Positions 10,259-19,441 of a stretch of 64,000 nucleotides of DNA are shown here, in pieces. Numbering within the stretch: the stretch's first letter is position 1; every line of letters begins with the position of its first letter. Both the position numbers and the translations under genes were made by a program. The stretch lies in NCBI GenBank assembly GCA_036381615.1, contig DASVCL010000012.1, positions 56,823 through 120,822 on the forward strand, written 5' to 3'. Under the pieces are notes generated by a model, which was not told the origin of the DNA, searched no databases, and worked only from the letters and a program-made list of their open reading frames with translations. This stretch comes from Alphaproteobacteria bacterium (GTDB lineage Bacteria; Pseudomonadota; Alphaproteobacteria; CACIAM-22H2).

Positions 10259-11038
10259 ATGAATTCACGTGCCGAAATGACCCCGGCCGACATCGAGGCG
10301 CGCGTGCGCGCCCTTGGTACCTGGTTTCACAACATCGACCTGAAAGGCGTCAAAACGGCGCCAAACCACTTCCTCGGCGACTATCCGGCCATCAAGTGGC
10401 GCCACTTCGCCGACGCCCTGCCGACGGACGTCAGTGGCAGGACGGTGCTCGATATCGGCTGCAATGCCGGCTTCTACTCCATCGAAATGAAGCGGCGTGG
10501 CGCCGCACGGGTCGTGGGGATCGAGCCGGCAGAGGAATATCTGGAGCAGGCACGGTTTGCCGCAGAGATGTGCGAAGTCGACATCGAACTCCACCGACTT
10601 TCGGTCTATGACGTCGCGAAGCTCGGCGAGAAGTTCGACATCATCCTGTTCATGGGCGTCTTTTATCACCTGCGTCATCCGCTGCTGGCGCTCGACCTCA
10701 TACACGACCACGTCGCCAAGGACATACTGGTCTTCCAGTCCATGCTGCGCGGCAGCGATATCGTCGAGCCGATCGATGAGAACTATCCGTTTCGGGAGCG
10801 CGGCATCTTCGAACGTCCGGGTTTCCCGCGCATGAGCTTCATCGAGCAGCGTTACGCCGATGACGAGACAAACTGGTGGATTCCCAATCGTGCCTGTGCC
10901 GAGGCCGTGCTTCGGAGTTCCGGCTTCGAAATCGTGAACCATCCGGAAGAGGAAGTGTTCATTTGCCGCCGCATCAATCTACCTGATCCGCCAGAAGGAC
11001 CGAGAGCGGTCTACCCAGCAAAGGGCGCACAGGAATGA
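10259..11038 (+). CDS. SAM-dependent methyltransferase, resembles TIGR04290 family (CmoB-related fold)
   Basis: WFHNIDL, VLDIGCNAGFYS, GVFYHLRHPLL and TNWWIPN motifs; family name from recall. Confidence 0.75.
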   Translation: MNSRAEMTPADIEARVRALGTWFHNIDLKGVKTAPNHFLGDYPAIKWRHFADALPTDVSGRTVLDIGCNAGFYSIEMKRRGAARVVGIEPAEEYLEQARFAAEMCEVDIELHRLSVYDVAKLGEKFDIILFMGVFYHLRHPLLALDLIHDHVAKDILVFQSMLRGSDIVEPIDENYPFRERGIFERPGFPRMSFIEQRYADDETNWWIPNRACAEAVLRSSGFEIVNHPEEEVFICRRINLPDPPEGPRAVYPAKGAQE

Positions 11039-11988
11039 TCGAAGCAGCCATGATCTGGAACGAACCCAACAACAAGTCGCATTGGGATTTCCAGATCGAC
11101 CCCGAGTGGCGGGCCTTCGCTGAAATGGCGAAACTCGCGGGCCAGGCGATCAAGGCGGAGAATCCCAAACTTACGCGCGTTCTGGGCGGCATTTCGCCGA
11201 TCGACCCGGCTTTCATCGAGAATATGGCCCGACTTGGCGTTCTCGATCACATGGACGCCATTGCGGTGCACGGCTTCCCGCTCGATTGGAACCACTGGAT
11301 GCTGGACGATTGGCCGCAGAAGCTGAAGGAAATCCAGGCCGTGACACACCTGCCGGTCTGGGTAACGGAGGTCGGCGTATCAACCTTCGGCGCTGAAGAA
11401 GTACAGGCATTCGGTCTGAGACGTACCGCGGACCTGCTCATCGGCCGTGCACCGCGTATACACTGGTACAGCCTTTATGACCTGCCCAAGGCCTGGGTGG
11501 CGACGACGCGCCATCGCGAGGCCGAAGGTTCGGCCTACTATCGACACTACTACATGGGCCTGTTGCGGGAAGACGGCTCGCCCAAGATGGCGGTCGAATC
11601 CTTCTACGACATCGCCCCCGAATTCGGTATCTGTCAGTGGTTCCATTTCGAGGACCACAGGCTGGAAGACGCCGTATCGTGGCTACGACGGCTCGGCGTC
11701 AGCTATGTGCGTACGGGACTCAGTTGGGCCGACAGCTACCGACCGAATGCGCAAGCTTGGTTCGACCGTCAGATGGCCTCCCTCGAGGATTTCGCCGTCA
11801 CGGTAACCTTCTGTTTTACGCCGGAACATCGGGGTATCGTGCCGCATCACACAAGTCCGCCACACGATCCCCGTGAATTCGCGGAGTTTTGCGGCCGTAT
11901 GGTGCGCCGGTACGCCGCCGACTCTGACGGCACACGACTCGCAATCGCCCCCGCCGATGTGCTGTGCGCCGACGATCACGCCGACTGA
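11035..11988 (+). CDS. clan GH-A glycoside hydrolase ('beta-xylosidase'-like), apparently circularly permuted
   Basis: WNEP acid/base at residues 8-11, VTEVG nucleophile mid-protein, and the usual N-terminal strands (LGVSYVRTGLSW, PP.D...FAEF...RY) at the C-terminus; ATGA overlap with upstream gene. Confidence 0.75.
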   Translation: MIEAAMIWNEPNNKSHWDFQIDPEWRAFAEMAKLAGQAIKAENPKLTRVLGGISPIDPAFIENMARLGVLDHMDAIAVHGFPLDWNHWMLDDWPQKLKEIQAVTHLPVWVTEVGVSTFGAEEVQAFGLRRTADLLIGRAPRIHWYSLYDLPKAWVATTRHREAEGSAYYRHYYMGLLREDGSPKMAVESFYDIAPEFGICQWFHFEDHRLEDAVSWLRRLGVSYVRTGLSWADSYRPNAQAWFDRQMASLEDFAVTVTFCFTPEHRGIVPHHTSPPHDPREFAEFCGRMVRRYAADSDGTRLAIAPADVLCADDHAD

Positions 11989-12025
11989 GGCCGGGGCGCC
12001 GGCTCCCGATCGGTCGCGGGACACA

Positions 12026-12302
12026 ATCCCGGTCGTCGTGGTCGGTGAACCGGTTGACCCCGCCCACCCGGGACTTGAAGCGCCGAATGGCCAAATGCCA
12101 CAGGATCCAGGCACGAGCTCTCGCCCAGCTTCCCGTCGGGATCGAGCGATACCGGCGCGCGCCAACCTATGACGGTCGTCATCCTCCCCATCCAGAGCCG
12201 CTCTTCTACGAGTCTTTTTTCTGGAGGATGACGGGTGCGCGATGGTGCGTGCTGGCCAGCACGGCACATGGCGAGCTGGGGCGGGACGGATCATGTCTCT
12301 GA
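12026..12302 (+). pseudogene. probable 3' remnant of a deleted gene (glycosyltransferase-like), with one frameshift near 12072
   Basis: IPVVVVGEPVDPAHP continues after a 1-nt shift as LKRRMAKCHRIQARALAQLP...PLFYE...MTGARW; stop overlaps the next gene start; no plausible 5' part. Confidence 0.4.
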
Positions 12303-13357
12303 CGGTTCTTAGCGTTGCCTACCCATTCGCCCCCGTAAGCCTGGATGCGGTCGGCGGTGCAGAACAGGTCGTCGCGACATTGGATGATGCACTCGTCGCC
12401 GCAGGTCACCGCTCCATCGTACTGGCCCGTGCAGACTCGGACGTCCGGGGCCTGCTCGTCGGCGTGCCGACACCGCGGGGCGAGATCGACGATGCCGTTC
12501 GTGCCGCAACGTACGGTCGTTACAGGCAGGCAATCCGGCGAGTGCTTCGGGAACGGGACGTCGACGTCGTCCATATGCACGGCATCGACTTTCATGCCTA
12601 CCTCCCCCCGACCGGGTCACCGGTTCTGGTCACCTTGCACCTGCCGTTGAACTGGTATCCGCCGAACGCGCTTTCGGCGCGGCCGGGAGTCGCCTTCAAC
12701 TGCGTTTCCGCCGCACAAAGGCGGACCGCAGCGCCGAACCTGCAGTTGCTGCCGGACATCGAAAACGGGGTACCGGACGCGTTATTCGATATCCGCTTGA
12801 AAAAACGTCGATATGCACTGGCGCTCGGTCGAATCTGCCCCGAGAAGGGTTTCCACCTCGCCCTCGAGGCGGCGCGTGGGGCGGATATACCGTTGCTGGT
12901 TGCAGGTGAGGTCTTTCCATATGCAGCCCATCGTGCCTATTTCGAAGAGGCGATCCGGCCACGCCTGGATTCGCAGCGCCGTTTCGTCGGCGCGGTCGGC
13001 TTCACGCGGAAACGCCGACTTCTCGCTGCCGCGCAATGCGTCGTCGTTCCAAGCCTCGCACCGGAGACGGCATCGCTGACTGCCGTCGAAGCGCTGGCGA
13101 GCGGGACACCGGTCGTTGCTTTTCCGAGCGGTGCGCTCGCCGATCTGATTCAGCACGGACGAACCGGATTCCTGGTCGGCGATGTCGATGAGATGGCGGC
13201 GGCGATCGTGCTGGCCGGTACGCTGCGGCCGGAAGACTGCCGGGCCGCCGTCGCGCATATGCGAGTGGCGCGCATGACTTTCGGATATGTCGAGCAGTAC
13301 CACCGTCTCATTCATGAGATGCGGAGCACGCTCCATGGAACGCTTGCGGTTTCGTAG
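12293..13357 (+). CDS. glycosyltransferase family 4
   Basis: GGAEQV N-terminal motif, GRICPEKG and ET.SL.AVEALASGTPVV motifs. Confidence 0.88.
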   Translation: MSLTVLSVAYPFAPVSLDAVGGAEQVVATLDDALVAAGHRSIVLARADSDVRGLLVGVPTPRGEIDDAVRAATYGRYRQAIRRVLRERDVDVVHMHGIDFHAYLPPTGSPVLVTLHLPLNWYPPNALSARPGVAFNCVSAAQRRTAAPNLQLLPDIENGVPDALFDIRLKKRRYALALGRICPEKGFHLALEAARGADIPLLVAGEVFPYAAHRAYFEEAIRPRLDSQRRFVGAVGFTRKRRLLAAAQCVVVPSLAPETASLTAVEALASGTPVVAFPSGALADLIQHGRTGFLVGDVDEMAAAIVLAGTLRPEDCRAAVAHMRVARMTFGYVEQYHRLIHEMRSTLHGTLAVS

Positions 13358-14372
13358 CATCCACACCAACGCCGATTTCGAGGCGTTGACCCCAGCATGG
13401 CGGGCGTTGTGGGCGCGGGACAGCCGCGCGACGCTGTTTCAGACGCCCGGCTGGACGTTGGCGTGGTGGCGACATATCGGCTGCGGCCGGCTGCTGGTAT
13501 TTGCCGTCTCAATCGAGGATCGGCTCGTCGGCCTCGCGCCATTCTTCGTCGACGAAACGGCTGCGGGGCCCCGGATCGGGTTGATCGGCGAAGGCATCAG
13601 CGACTACATCGATGTCCTGCTCGACGATACGCTTCCCGCCGATATCGTGCGCGCCGGTCTTCGCGCGCAGCTTCTCAACGCCGGATTCGTCGAAATCCAT
13701 CTCCGTGACCTGCCGTCAGCATCTCCCCTGATTGCGGACGCCATTGGCTGGCAATGCGATCCGCATCCCGGCATGCCTTGTCCGGTCCTGCGCCTTCCGG
13801 ACAGGATTGCAGACCTTTCGTCGCCGATCCCGCGCCCGATGCTTCAGAAGCTTGCCTATCATCGGCGGCTCGCCGACCGGCACGGCGGTATCCGTGTCGA
13901 GCACGCGGACAGAAGCAGCTTTGAGCGCCTTTTCGAGACCCTGATGCGTCTTCACACCGCCCGCTGGTCGACCCACGGGCAGCCGGGCGTACTTGCGGAT
14001 CCATCCATCGGCGCTCTCAATCGCGAGGCCGCGTTCGCATTTCTGGCCGACGGTCTGCTGCGGCTCTATGCGCTCCATATCGGAAACCGGATCGCCAGCG
14101 TCTTCTACGGCATGCGATCCAAAGGGGCGTTCTACTATTACCTGGGGGGCTTCGATCCGGAGCTGGCACGTTTCAGTCCCGGAACCTTGATCATCGGCCA
14201 TGCGATTGAAGAAGCAGTACGGGAGAATGCGACGGAGTTTCACTTCCTTCGCGGGGGCGAAGCGTACAAGTACCGATGGGGAGCAACGGACCGCCTGAAC
14301 GTCGACTGTGCGATCCGGCTCCATTACTCCACCGGCACGGAGGTGCAGTGTGAGCCAGGCCTTACGGCTTGA
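13335..14372 (+). CDS. GNAT-fold protein, CelD/BcsL (Acetyltransf_6)-like
   Basis: LFQTPGW..AWW, YYYLGGFDP..ARFSPG and FLRGGEAYKYRWGA motifs. Confidence 0.8.
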   Translation: MERLRFRSIHTNADFEALTPAWRALWARDSRATLFQTPGWTLAWWRHIGCGRLLVFAVSIEDRLVGLAPFFVDETAAGPRIGLIGEGISDYIDVLLDDTLPADIVRAGLRAQLLNAGFVEIHLRDLPSASPLIADAIGWQCDPHPGMPCPVLRLPDRIADLSSPIPRPMLQKLAYHRRLADRHGGIRVEHADRSSFERLFETLMRLHTARWSTHGQPGVLADPSIGALNREAAFAFLADGLLRLYALHIGNRIASVFYGMRSKGAFYYYLGGFDPELARFSPGTLIIGHAIEEAVRENATEFHFLRGGEAYKYRWGATDRLNVDCAIRLHYSTGTEVQCEPGLTA

Positions 14373-14871
14373 CCGATCGGTTCCCGACGGCTGCTCGATT
14401 CGGCTGTGCCGACGGGCGGATCTGGCCAGACTGGAGTGGGCCGGCATGTTCTCCGATCACCGGCATATCATCCGTGCAGCCTTTGAGCGGCAGAAGCGCG
14501 GAGAAAACGTCATGCTCGTGGCGCTTGCGGATGGCTTTCCGGCAGGACAAGCCTGGATCGATCTGGTGAAGAAGCGCCATGAGAAGATCGCCGTCATCTG
14601 GGCGGTTCGTGTGCATCCGACCCGGCAGCGACTCGGCATCGGACAGTGCCTGATGACAAAAGCCGAGCAGATCGCCGCTGCGAACGCCTTCCGATTCACC
14701 GAAATCGGTGTCGAGCGAGACAATGCGGGCGTGATCCCCTTCTATCGACGTCTTGGCTATCACTTGCAGGGAAGCGAGGCCGAACTGTTCCGTTACGAGA
14801 CCCCTGACGGCCGCACCGTCGAGCGCGTCATCGACCAGTGGCTGTTCCGCAAGCCGGTCGGGGCACCGTAA
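14350..14871 (+). CDS. GNAT family N-acetyltransferase
   Basis: V.VHPTRQRLGIG acetyl-CoA motif A and FY.RLGY; GGAGGT SD before GTG 14350. Confidence 0.8.
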   Translation: MSQALRLDRSVPDGCSIRLCRRADLARLEWAGMFSDHRHIIRAAFERQKRGENVMLVALADGFPAGQAWIDLVKKRHEKIAVIWAVRVHPTRQRLGIGQCLMTKAEQIAAANAFRFTEIGVERDNAGVIPFYRRLGYHLQGSEAELFRYETPDGRTVERVIDQWLFRKPVGAP

Positions 14872-15705
14872 ATGCCGTATCCGCGACATGATATCGGCAT
14901 TCGATGGACGATCGGCGATGTCAGCGCCCCCGGGTTCGAAGCGTTGCGGCTGTCGATCTGGGGGGCACGGCGCCTATTCGGTTCCGATGCCACCTACGTG
15001 GTCTGCGTCAATACATTGTCCCCCGACGAGGCGCGGCGGCGCACCGGCAAAGTCCCCGCGGATGTCGTCTGGCGCGCATCGGAGGGGGATTTGCCGCAAT
15101 TTCTCGGCGCATATCTAAGTGCAGAAATGGCCGAGGGTGTTGCGTGGAAGCTTGCGCCTCTCCGCCTGTTCCCGAGCCGCTACGAGCTCTCGCTCGACAA
15201 CGACTGCATCCTTTGGGCCATGCCGGTAGCCATTGCGCAGTGGCTAGAGTCTGGCGACAGGAACACATGCGTGCTTGCCGCCGACATAAAGACATGTTTC
15301 GGCAAGTTTGCCGACCTATGCGGCCCCGAGCCCGGTAACACCGGAATTCGCGGCTTCAGTCCCGGGTTCGATCTTGCGCACGTCCTTGAAAGGATGCTCC
15401 GCGACAGGCCGGTACGGCTCGAGAGCGAGCTCGACGAGCAAGGGCTCCAGGTGGCGGCACTCCGCCGCTACGCAAGACCGCTCGTCGTCACGACCGACGA
15501 GGTAACGATCTGTTCGCCCTTCTGGCCTCATCAATCCCATATCGGGCGATGCGGCGCGCATTTCGTGGGGCTCAATGCCCACGCCTTGCCTTGGACGTAC
15601 TATGACCGGCCCGCAACGGCGTGCGTCATCGAGCACTGGGAACGGCACAAGCCGCAACTCTACGAGGCCGTTGGTCTCCATTACCCTGCAGCTGTTGCCG
15701 AGTGA
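14872..15705 (+). CDS. hypothetical protein, possible GT-A-like (DxD) enzyme
   Basis: 277 aa ORF abutting the upstream stop; SLDNDC DxD-like motif after a beta strand; no family recognised. Confidence 0.6.
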   Translation: MPYPRHDIGIRWTIGDVSAPGFEALRLSIWGARRLFGSDATYVVCVNTLSPDEARRRTGKVPADVVWRASEGDLPQFLGAYLSAEMAEGVAWKLAPLRLFPSRYELSLDNDCILWAMPVAIAQWLESGDRNTCVLAADIKTCFGKFADLCGPEPGNTGIRGFSPGFDLAHVLERMLRDRPVRLESELDEQGLQVAALRRYARPLVVTTDEVTICSPFWPHQSHIGRCGAHFVGLNAHALPWTYYDRPATACVIEHWERHKPQLYEAVGLHYPAAVAE

Positions 15706-15709
15706 TGCC

Positions 15710-18217
15710 TCATTCGGCCGGAGCGAGCGACCGCTCGGATTCGACGCGTTCCCGCAGCACGCCGTCACCGATCGCCGCCCGAACAGCCTCCTCGACCCGT
15801 TCGACCCAGATGAAGTGTACGCTGCGGCGAACTTCATCCGGAATATCCTCCAGGTCCTTCTGGTTCCGCGATGGCAGCAAGACGGTCGTGATCCCCGCAC
15901 GAACGGCCGCAACGACCTTTTCCTTGATCCCGCCCACCGGCAGCACGAGCCCCCGCAAGCTGATTTCGCCGGTCATCGCGACGTCGCTGCGTACCGTCCG
16001 ACCCGATACCAGAGACGCGAGCGCCACGAACATCGCGATGCCGGCACTGGGCCCGTCCTTCGGTATCGCGCCCGCCGGTACGTGCACATGGATGTCCTGC
16101 TTCTCGAAGAAGTCGGTCGGCAGCCCAAGGTCGCGAACGCGCGACTTGATCAGGCTCAGCGCGATCTGCGCGCTTTCCTTCATCACGTCGCCGAGATGGC
16201 CGGTAAGGGTCAGTCGTCCGCTGCCCGGGACCCGAGTGGCTTCTATGAACAGAATATCGCCGCCGACCGGTGTCCAGGCCAGCCCCGTCGCCACACCGGG
16301 AACACTCGTCCGCATGGCAAGCTCGCTTTCGAACCTGCGCGGGCCGAGAATTCCGCTCAGATCCTCGGGCCCGACGACGGTCTTGCCCGTACGCCCCTCG
16401 GCGATACGCATTGCGACATGACGGAAAACCCCACCGATCTCGCGCTCGAGGTTCCGGACCCCGGCCTCGCGCGTGTAGTCGCGAATGATCGTCCGCAAGG
16501 CGTCATCGGTGATCTCGCACTGATCGATGGAGAGGCCGTTTGCCTCCAGCTGCCGGCGCACGAGATAGCGGCGTGCGATCTGAACCTTTTCCTCCTCCGT
16601 GTAACCCGTCAGCGGAATGACCTCCATGCGGTCCCGGAGCGGTCCGGGAATTGTGTCCAACATGTTGGCCGTGGCGATGAACATCGTCTTGCTCAGGTCG
16701 AACGGTACGCCGAGATAGTTGTCGCGGAACGTATTGTTCTGCTCCGGATCCAGGACCTCGAGAAGCGCCGAAGCCGGATCCCCGTGGAAGCCGCCGGCGC
16801 CGAGCTTATCGATCTCGTCCAGCATCATGACCGGATTGCGTGTGCCCGCCTTGCGGATCGCCTGGATAATGTTCCCAGGCAGCGAACCGATGTAGGTGCG
16901 CCGGTGACCGCGGATCTCCGCTTCGTCGTGAACGCCGCCAAGGCTGACCCGCACGAATTTCCGGCCGGTTGCCCGCGCGATGCTCTGTCCCAGCGACGTC
17001 TTCCCGACGCCCGGCGGCCCCACGAAGCACAGGATCGGGCTCTTGCCGCCCGGATTGAGCTTGCGGATGGCGAGGAACTCGAGGATGCGGCGCTTGATCT
17101 TCTCCAGCCCGTAGTGATCCTCGTCAAGAATGCGTCGTGCCTCGGCGATGTCGATCCCTTCTTCACTGAGAACCGACCAGGGTAGCGCAATCAGCCAGTC
17201 GAGATACGCACGGATCATCGAATACTCGGCGGCTGCCTCCGGCATACGCTCCAGTCGCGACAATTCCTTTCGCGCCTGCTGTTCGACCTCCTGCGGCATC
17301 CCGGCATCGGCAATTGCCTTCGACAGGTCGGCGATCTCGGCGGACTTGTCGTCGGCTTCGCCGAGCTCTTTCTGAATCGCCTTGAGTTGCTCCCGAAGCA
17401 GATACTCGCGCTGGCGCGCCTCCATAGCGTCACGCGTCTGCTGGCCGATATCGCGCGACAGGCGCAGGACCTCGATCCGATAGGCGAGCAGCCACAACAC
17501 CCGGTCCAGTCGCGCACGGATATCGAGCGTCTCCAGGACCTCCTGCTTCTCACTGGGTTTCAGATCCATGAAGCTCGCGACGAGATCGGCAAGCCCGGAC
17601 GCTGACGTAATCGACTGGACCGCCTGGGTCAGTTCCGCAGGCGCATTCGGCAACAGGCCGATCGCCTCGATCGCACGTTGCTTCAGCTGGTGCACGCGGG
17701 CTTCGACCTCCGCCGTCGCCACGTCCGGGTCTTCGATCAGCTCGACGCGCGCCGCAAGAAACGGGTAGCCATCGAGAAACTCACGCACGCGGAACCGTTG
17801 CTGTCCCTGGCAGACGACATGGTGCGTACCGTCCGGCGCGGTCAGGTAACGCAGGATGGCGGCCGACGTGCCGATTTCGTGCAGATCTGACGGCTTGGGA
17901 TCAACGACGTCGGGATTGCGCTGAAGCAGCAGTCCGATCGATCTTTCGTTACGCGCCGCCTCCTGCGCCGCCGCGACCGAACGCTCGCGGCCCAGTGATA
18001 CGGGTAGCACCATCCCTGGGAACAAGACCAAGTTGCGGACCGGGATGATGACGAGCGCATCGTCCGGCAGCGGCGGGAGCACCTTGCGTTCCGGAGTCGG
18101 TTGCGGCGGGACAGCATTGCGCGTGGTCCCGCTGTCGTCCGGTTGGTCGCGTGTCTCGTGCGCAATCATGTCGTGACCATTCGCTAGAGGAGCTTCCGCA
18201 GACTCAGCGTCAGACAT
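15710..18217 (-). CDS. lon: ATP-dependent Lon protease (Hsp20-associated type)
   Basis: GPPGVGKT Walker A, LLDEIDK-like Walker B, PKDGPSAG catalytic Ser and GGIKEK; start overlaps hsp20 (alternative 18169). Confidence 0.95.
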   Translation of the reverse strand: MSDAESAEAPLANGHDMIAHETRDQPDDSGTTRNAVPPQPTPERKVLPPLPDDALVIIPVRNLVLFPGMVLPVSLGRERSVAAAQEAARNERSIGLLLQRNPDVVDPKPSDLHEIGTSAAILRYLTAPDGTHHVVCQGQQRFRVREFLDGYPFLAARVELIEDPDVATAEVEARVHQLKQRAIEAIGLLPNAPAELTQAVQSITSASGLADLVASFMDLKPSEKQEVLETLDIRARLDRVLWLLAYRIEVLRLSRDIGQQTRDAMEARQREYLLREQLKAIQKELGEADDKSAEIADLSKAIADAGMPQEVEQQARKELSRLERMPEAAAEYSMIRAYLDWLIALPWSVLSEEGIDIAEARRILDEDHYGLEKIKRRILEFLAIRKLNPGGKSPILCFVGPPGVGKTSLGQSIARATGRKFVRVSLGGVHDEAEIRGHRRTYIGSLPGNIIQAIRKAGTRNPVMMLDEIDKLGAGGFHGDPASALLEVLDPEQNNTFRDNYLGVPFDLSKTMFIATANMLDTIPGPLRDRMEVIPLTGYTEEEKVQIARRYLVRRQLEANGLSIDQCEITDDALRTIIRDYTREAGVRNLEREIGGVFRHVAMRIAEGRTGKTVVGPEDLSGILGPRRFESELAMRTSVPGVATGLAWTPVGGDILFIEATRVPGSGRLTLTGHLGDVMKESAQIALSLIKSRVRDLGLPTDFFEKQDIHVHVPAGAIPKDGPSAGIAMFVALASLVSGRTVRSDVAMTGEISLRGLVLPVGGIKEKVVAAVRAGITTVLLPSRNQKDLEDIPDEVRRSVHFIWVERVEEAVRAAIGDGVLRERVESERSLAPAE

Positions 18218-18588
18218 CCGTTGACCAGTGCATGGTCATCGAGCTCAAAGCGACCGGCCGGAAGTCTGATCCGACGTTCAAACCGGCCATGCGGAATTTC
18301 AACCCGGTGAATGACGCCAGTGCGCGCCTCGATCGGCAGCGGCCGCTCGCCGGTAACGATCAGCGTGCCGTCCGCGACGACGATCTTGACCTGATCGGGT
18401 GCGACACCTGGAAGCGCGACCAGGATCCACAAGGCCTCGTCCGTCTCGTAAACGTCCACCGGCGGCTCCCAGGCCGGTCGGCTTGCGGCGCCACCAAGTT
18501 GAAAGAATCGGCGCTGTAGCCGGTCCGCCTGCTCAAGGAGTTCGCAGGCTTCGGCCCACATCCAGGCGCGGGGATCACCGTGTCGCAT
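18184..18588 (-). CDS. Hsp20/alpha-crystallin small heat-shock protein
   Basis: P.VDVYET, LPGV, L.V.GER, EI..GRFERRI.LP and NG.L motifs. Confidence 0.9.
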   Translation of the reverse strand: MRHGDPRAWMWAEACELLEQADRLQRRFFQLGGAASRPAWEPPVDVYETDEALWILVALPGVAPDQVKIVVADGTLIVTGERPLPIEARTGVIHRVEIPHGRFERRIRLPAGRFELDDHALVNGCLTLSLRKLL

Positions 18589-19037
18589 CAGCAGAATCCA
18601 TCCGGTTTGCGGCCCCGATCATCGCCGATCGAGGACCGCGGGCAGGCGCTGCACTTTCGACCAAGGAAACGCTGCGTTCCCGTATTTGGTCTTCCCGAGC
18701 ACCGATTCAAGATGGCCAGGCTTGCCTCCCGGCGCCGCTTCACCAGATCGTGGAGCGGGCAAAGTACGGTTCAGACGGTCGTTGATACGAGGGCCCTCTT
18801 GACCGTCGCCCTGTCGCCATGCGCCTTGGCCGTGGCGGTCGACGCTACACCACGGCGCCATGAATCACGCCGACGCATCGATATGACGTCTTGGTCGCCG
18901 GCACGGCGGCGTCTCCTTCCGTCCGGTATCTGCCGCTGTGACGACAGGTTCAACTAGCGACAGGCACTCCCCGAATGGAAAGTGATCCCGGATTCAGGAT
19001 TTCAAGATGATGTCGGCGCTGAGCCGCATCGACGCAG

Positions 19038-19304
19038 ATGCTTGACGAGGCGCGGGCCGTCCTCCCGGACGCACAGACCCTATTCGACCGCGAGGACAAG
19101 ATCCGCAAGATGCCACCTGAGTACCACCGGATGCCCGACCTGCCGCGACTCTCGATTACGCCATCGTCCACATGGGTGAAACTGCCGTGGCCGGACATTT
19201 CGCCAACCGTCAAGACCATCCTTGGACCGCGATTCCACGCCGAGGTCGCCGATCGTCTCAGTGCCCACACTGCCGTCCCCGCGGCTTTCCGGCAGGAAAC
19301 TTGA
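19038..19304 (+). CDS. hypothetical small protein or decayed gene fragment
   Basis: First ~36 codons are strongly GC3-biased, then the bias appears to shift frame; no family recognised. Confidence 0.3.
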   Translation: MLDEARAVLPDAQTLFDREDKIRKMPPEYHRMPDLPRLSITPSSTWVKLPWPDISPTVKTILGPRFHAEVADRLSAHTAVPAAFRQET

Positions 19305-19329
19305 TTGCATCCGCCGGGCACTCACGAAT

Positions 19330-19354
19330 GGAACCCACCATGCGGCGTGAAGTT
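19330..19354 (+). promoter_or_regulatory. sigma-EcfG-type promoter variant for pcm fusion (GGAAC-N16-AGTT)
   Basis: GGAAC 19330-19334 and AGTT 19351-19354, ~90 nt upstream of ATG 19442. Confidence 0.6.
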
Positions 19355-19441
19355 TCGAGATCAAAGCGGGCAAAGTCCCGTCGCCAGTGAAGCGCCCTGA
19401 TACGTGCCGACACGGCCGGCGCTCGCGATGCAGGGATTGGC

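Noticed and set aside
18683-18711. RpoH promoter for hsp20-lon
   Set aside because: CTTGAA -35 is present but the -10 is a poor match; mentioned only as a hypothesis, not a feature
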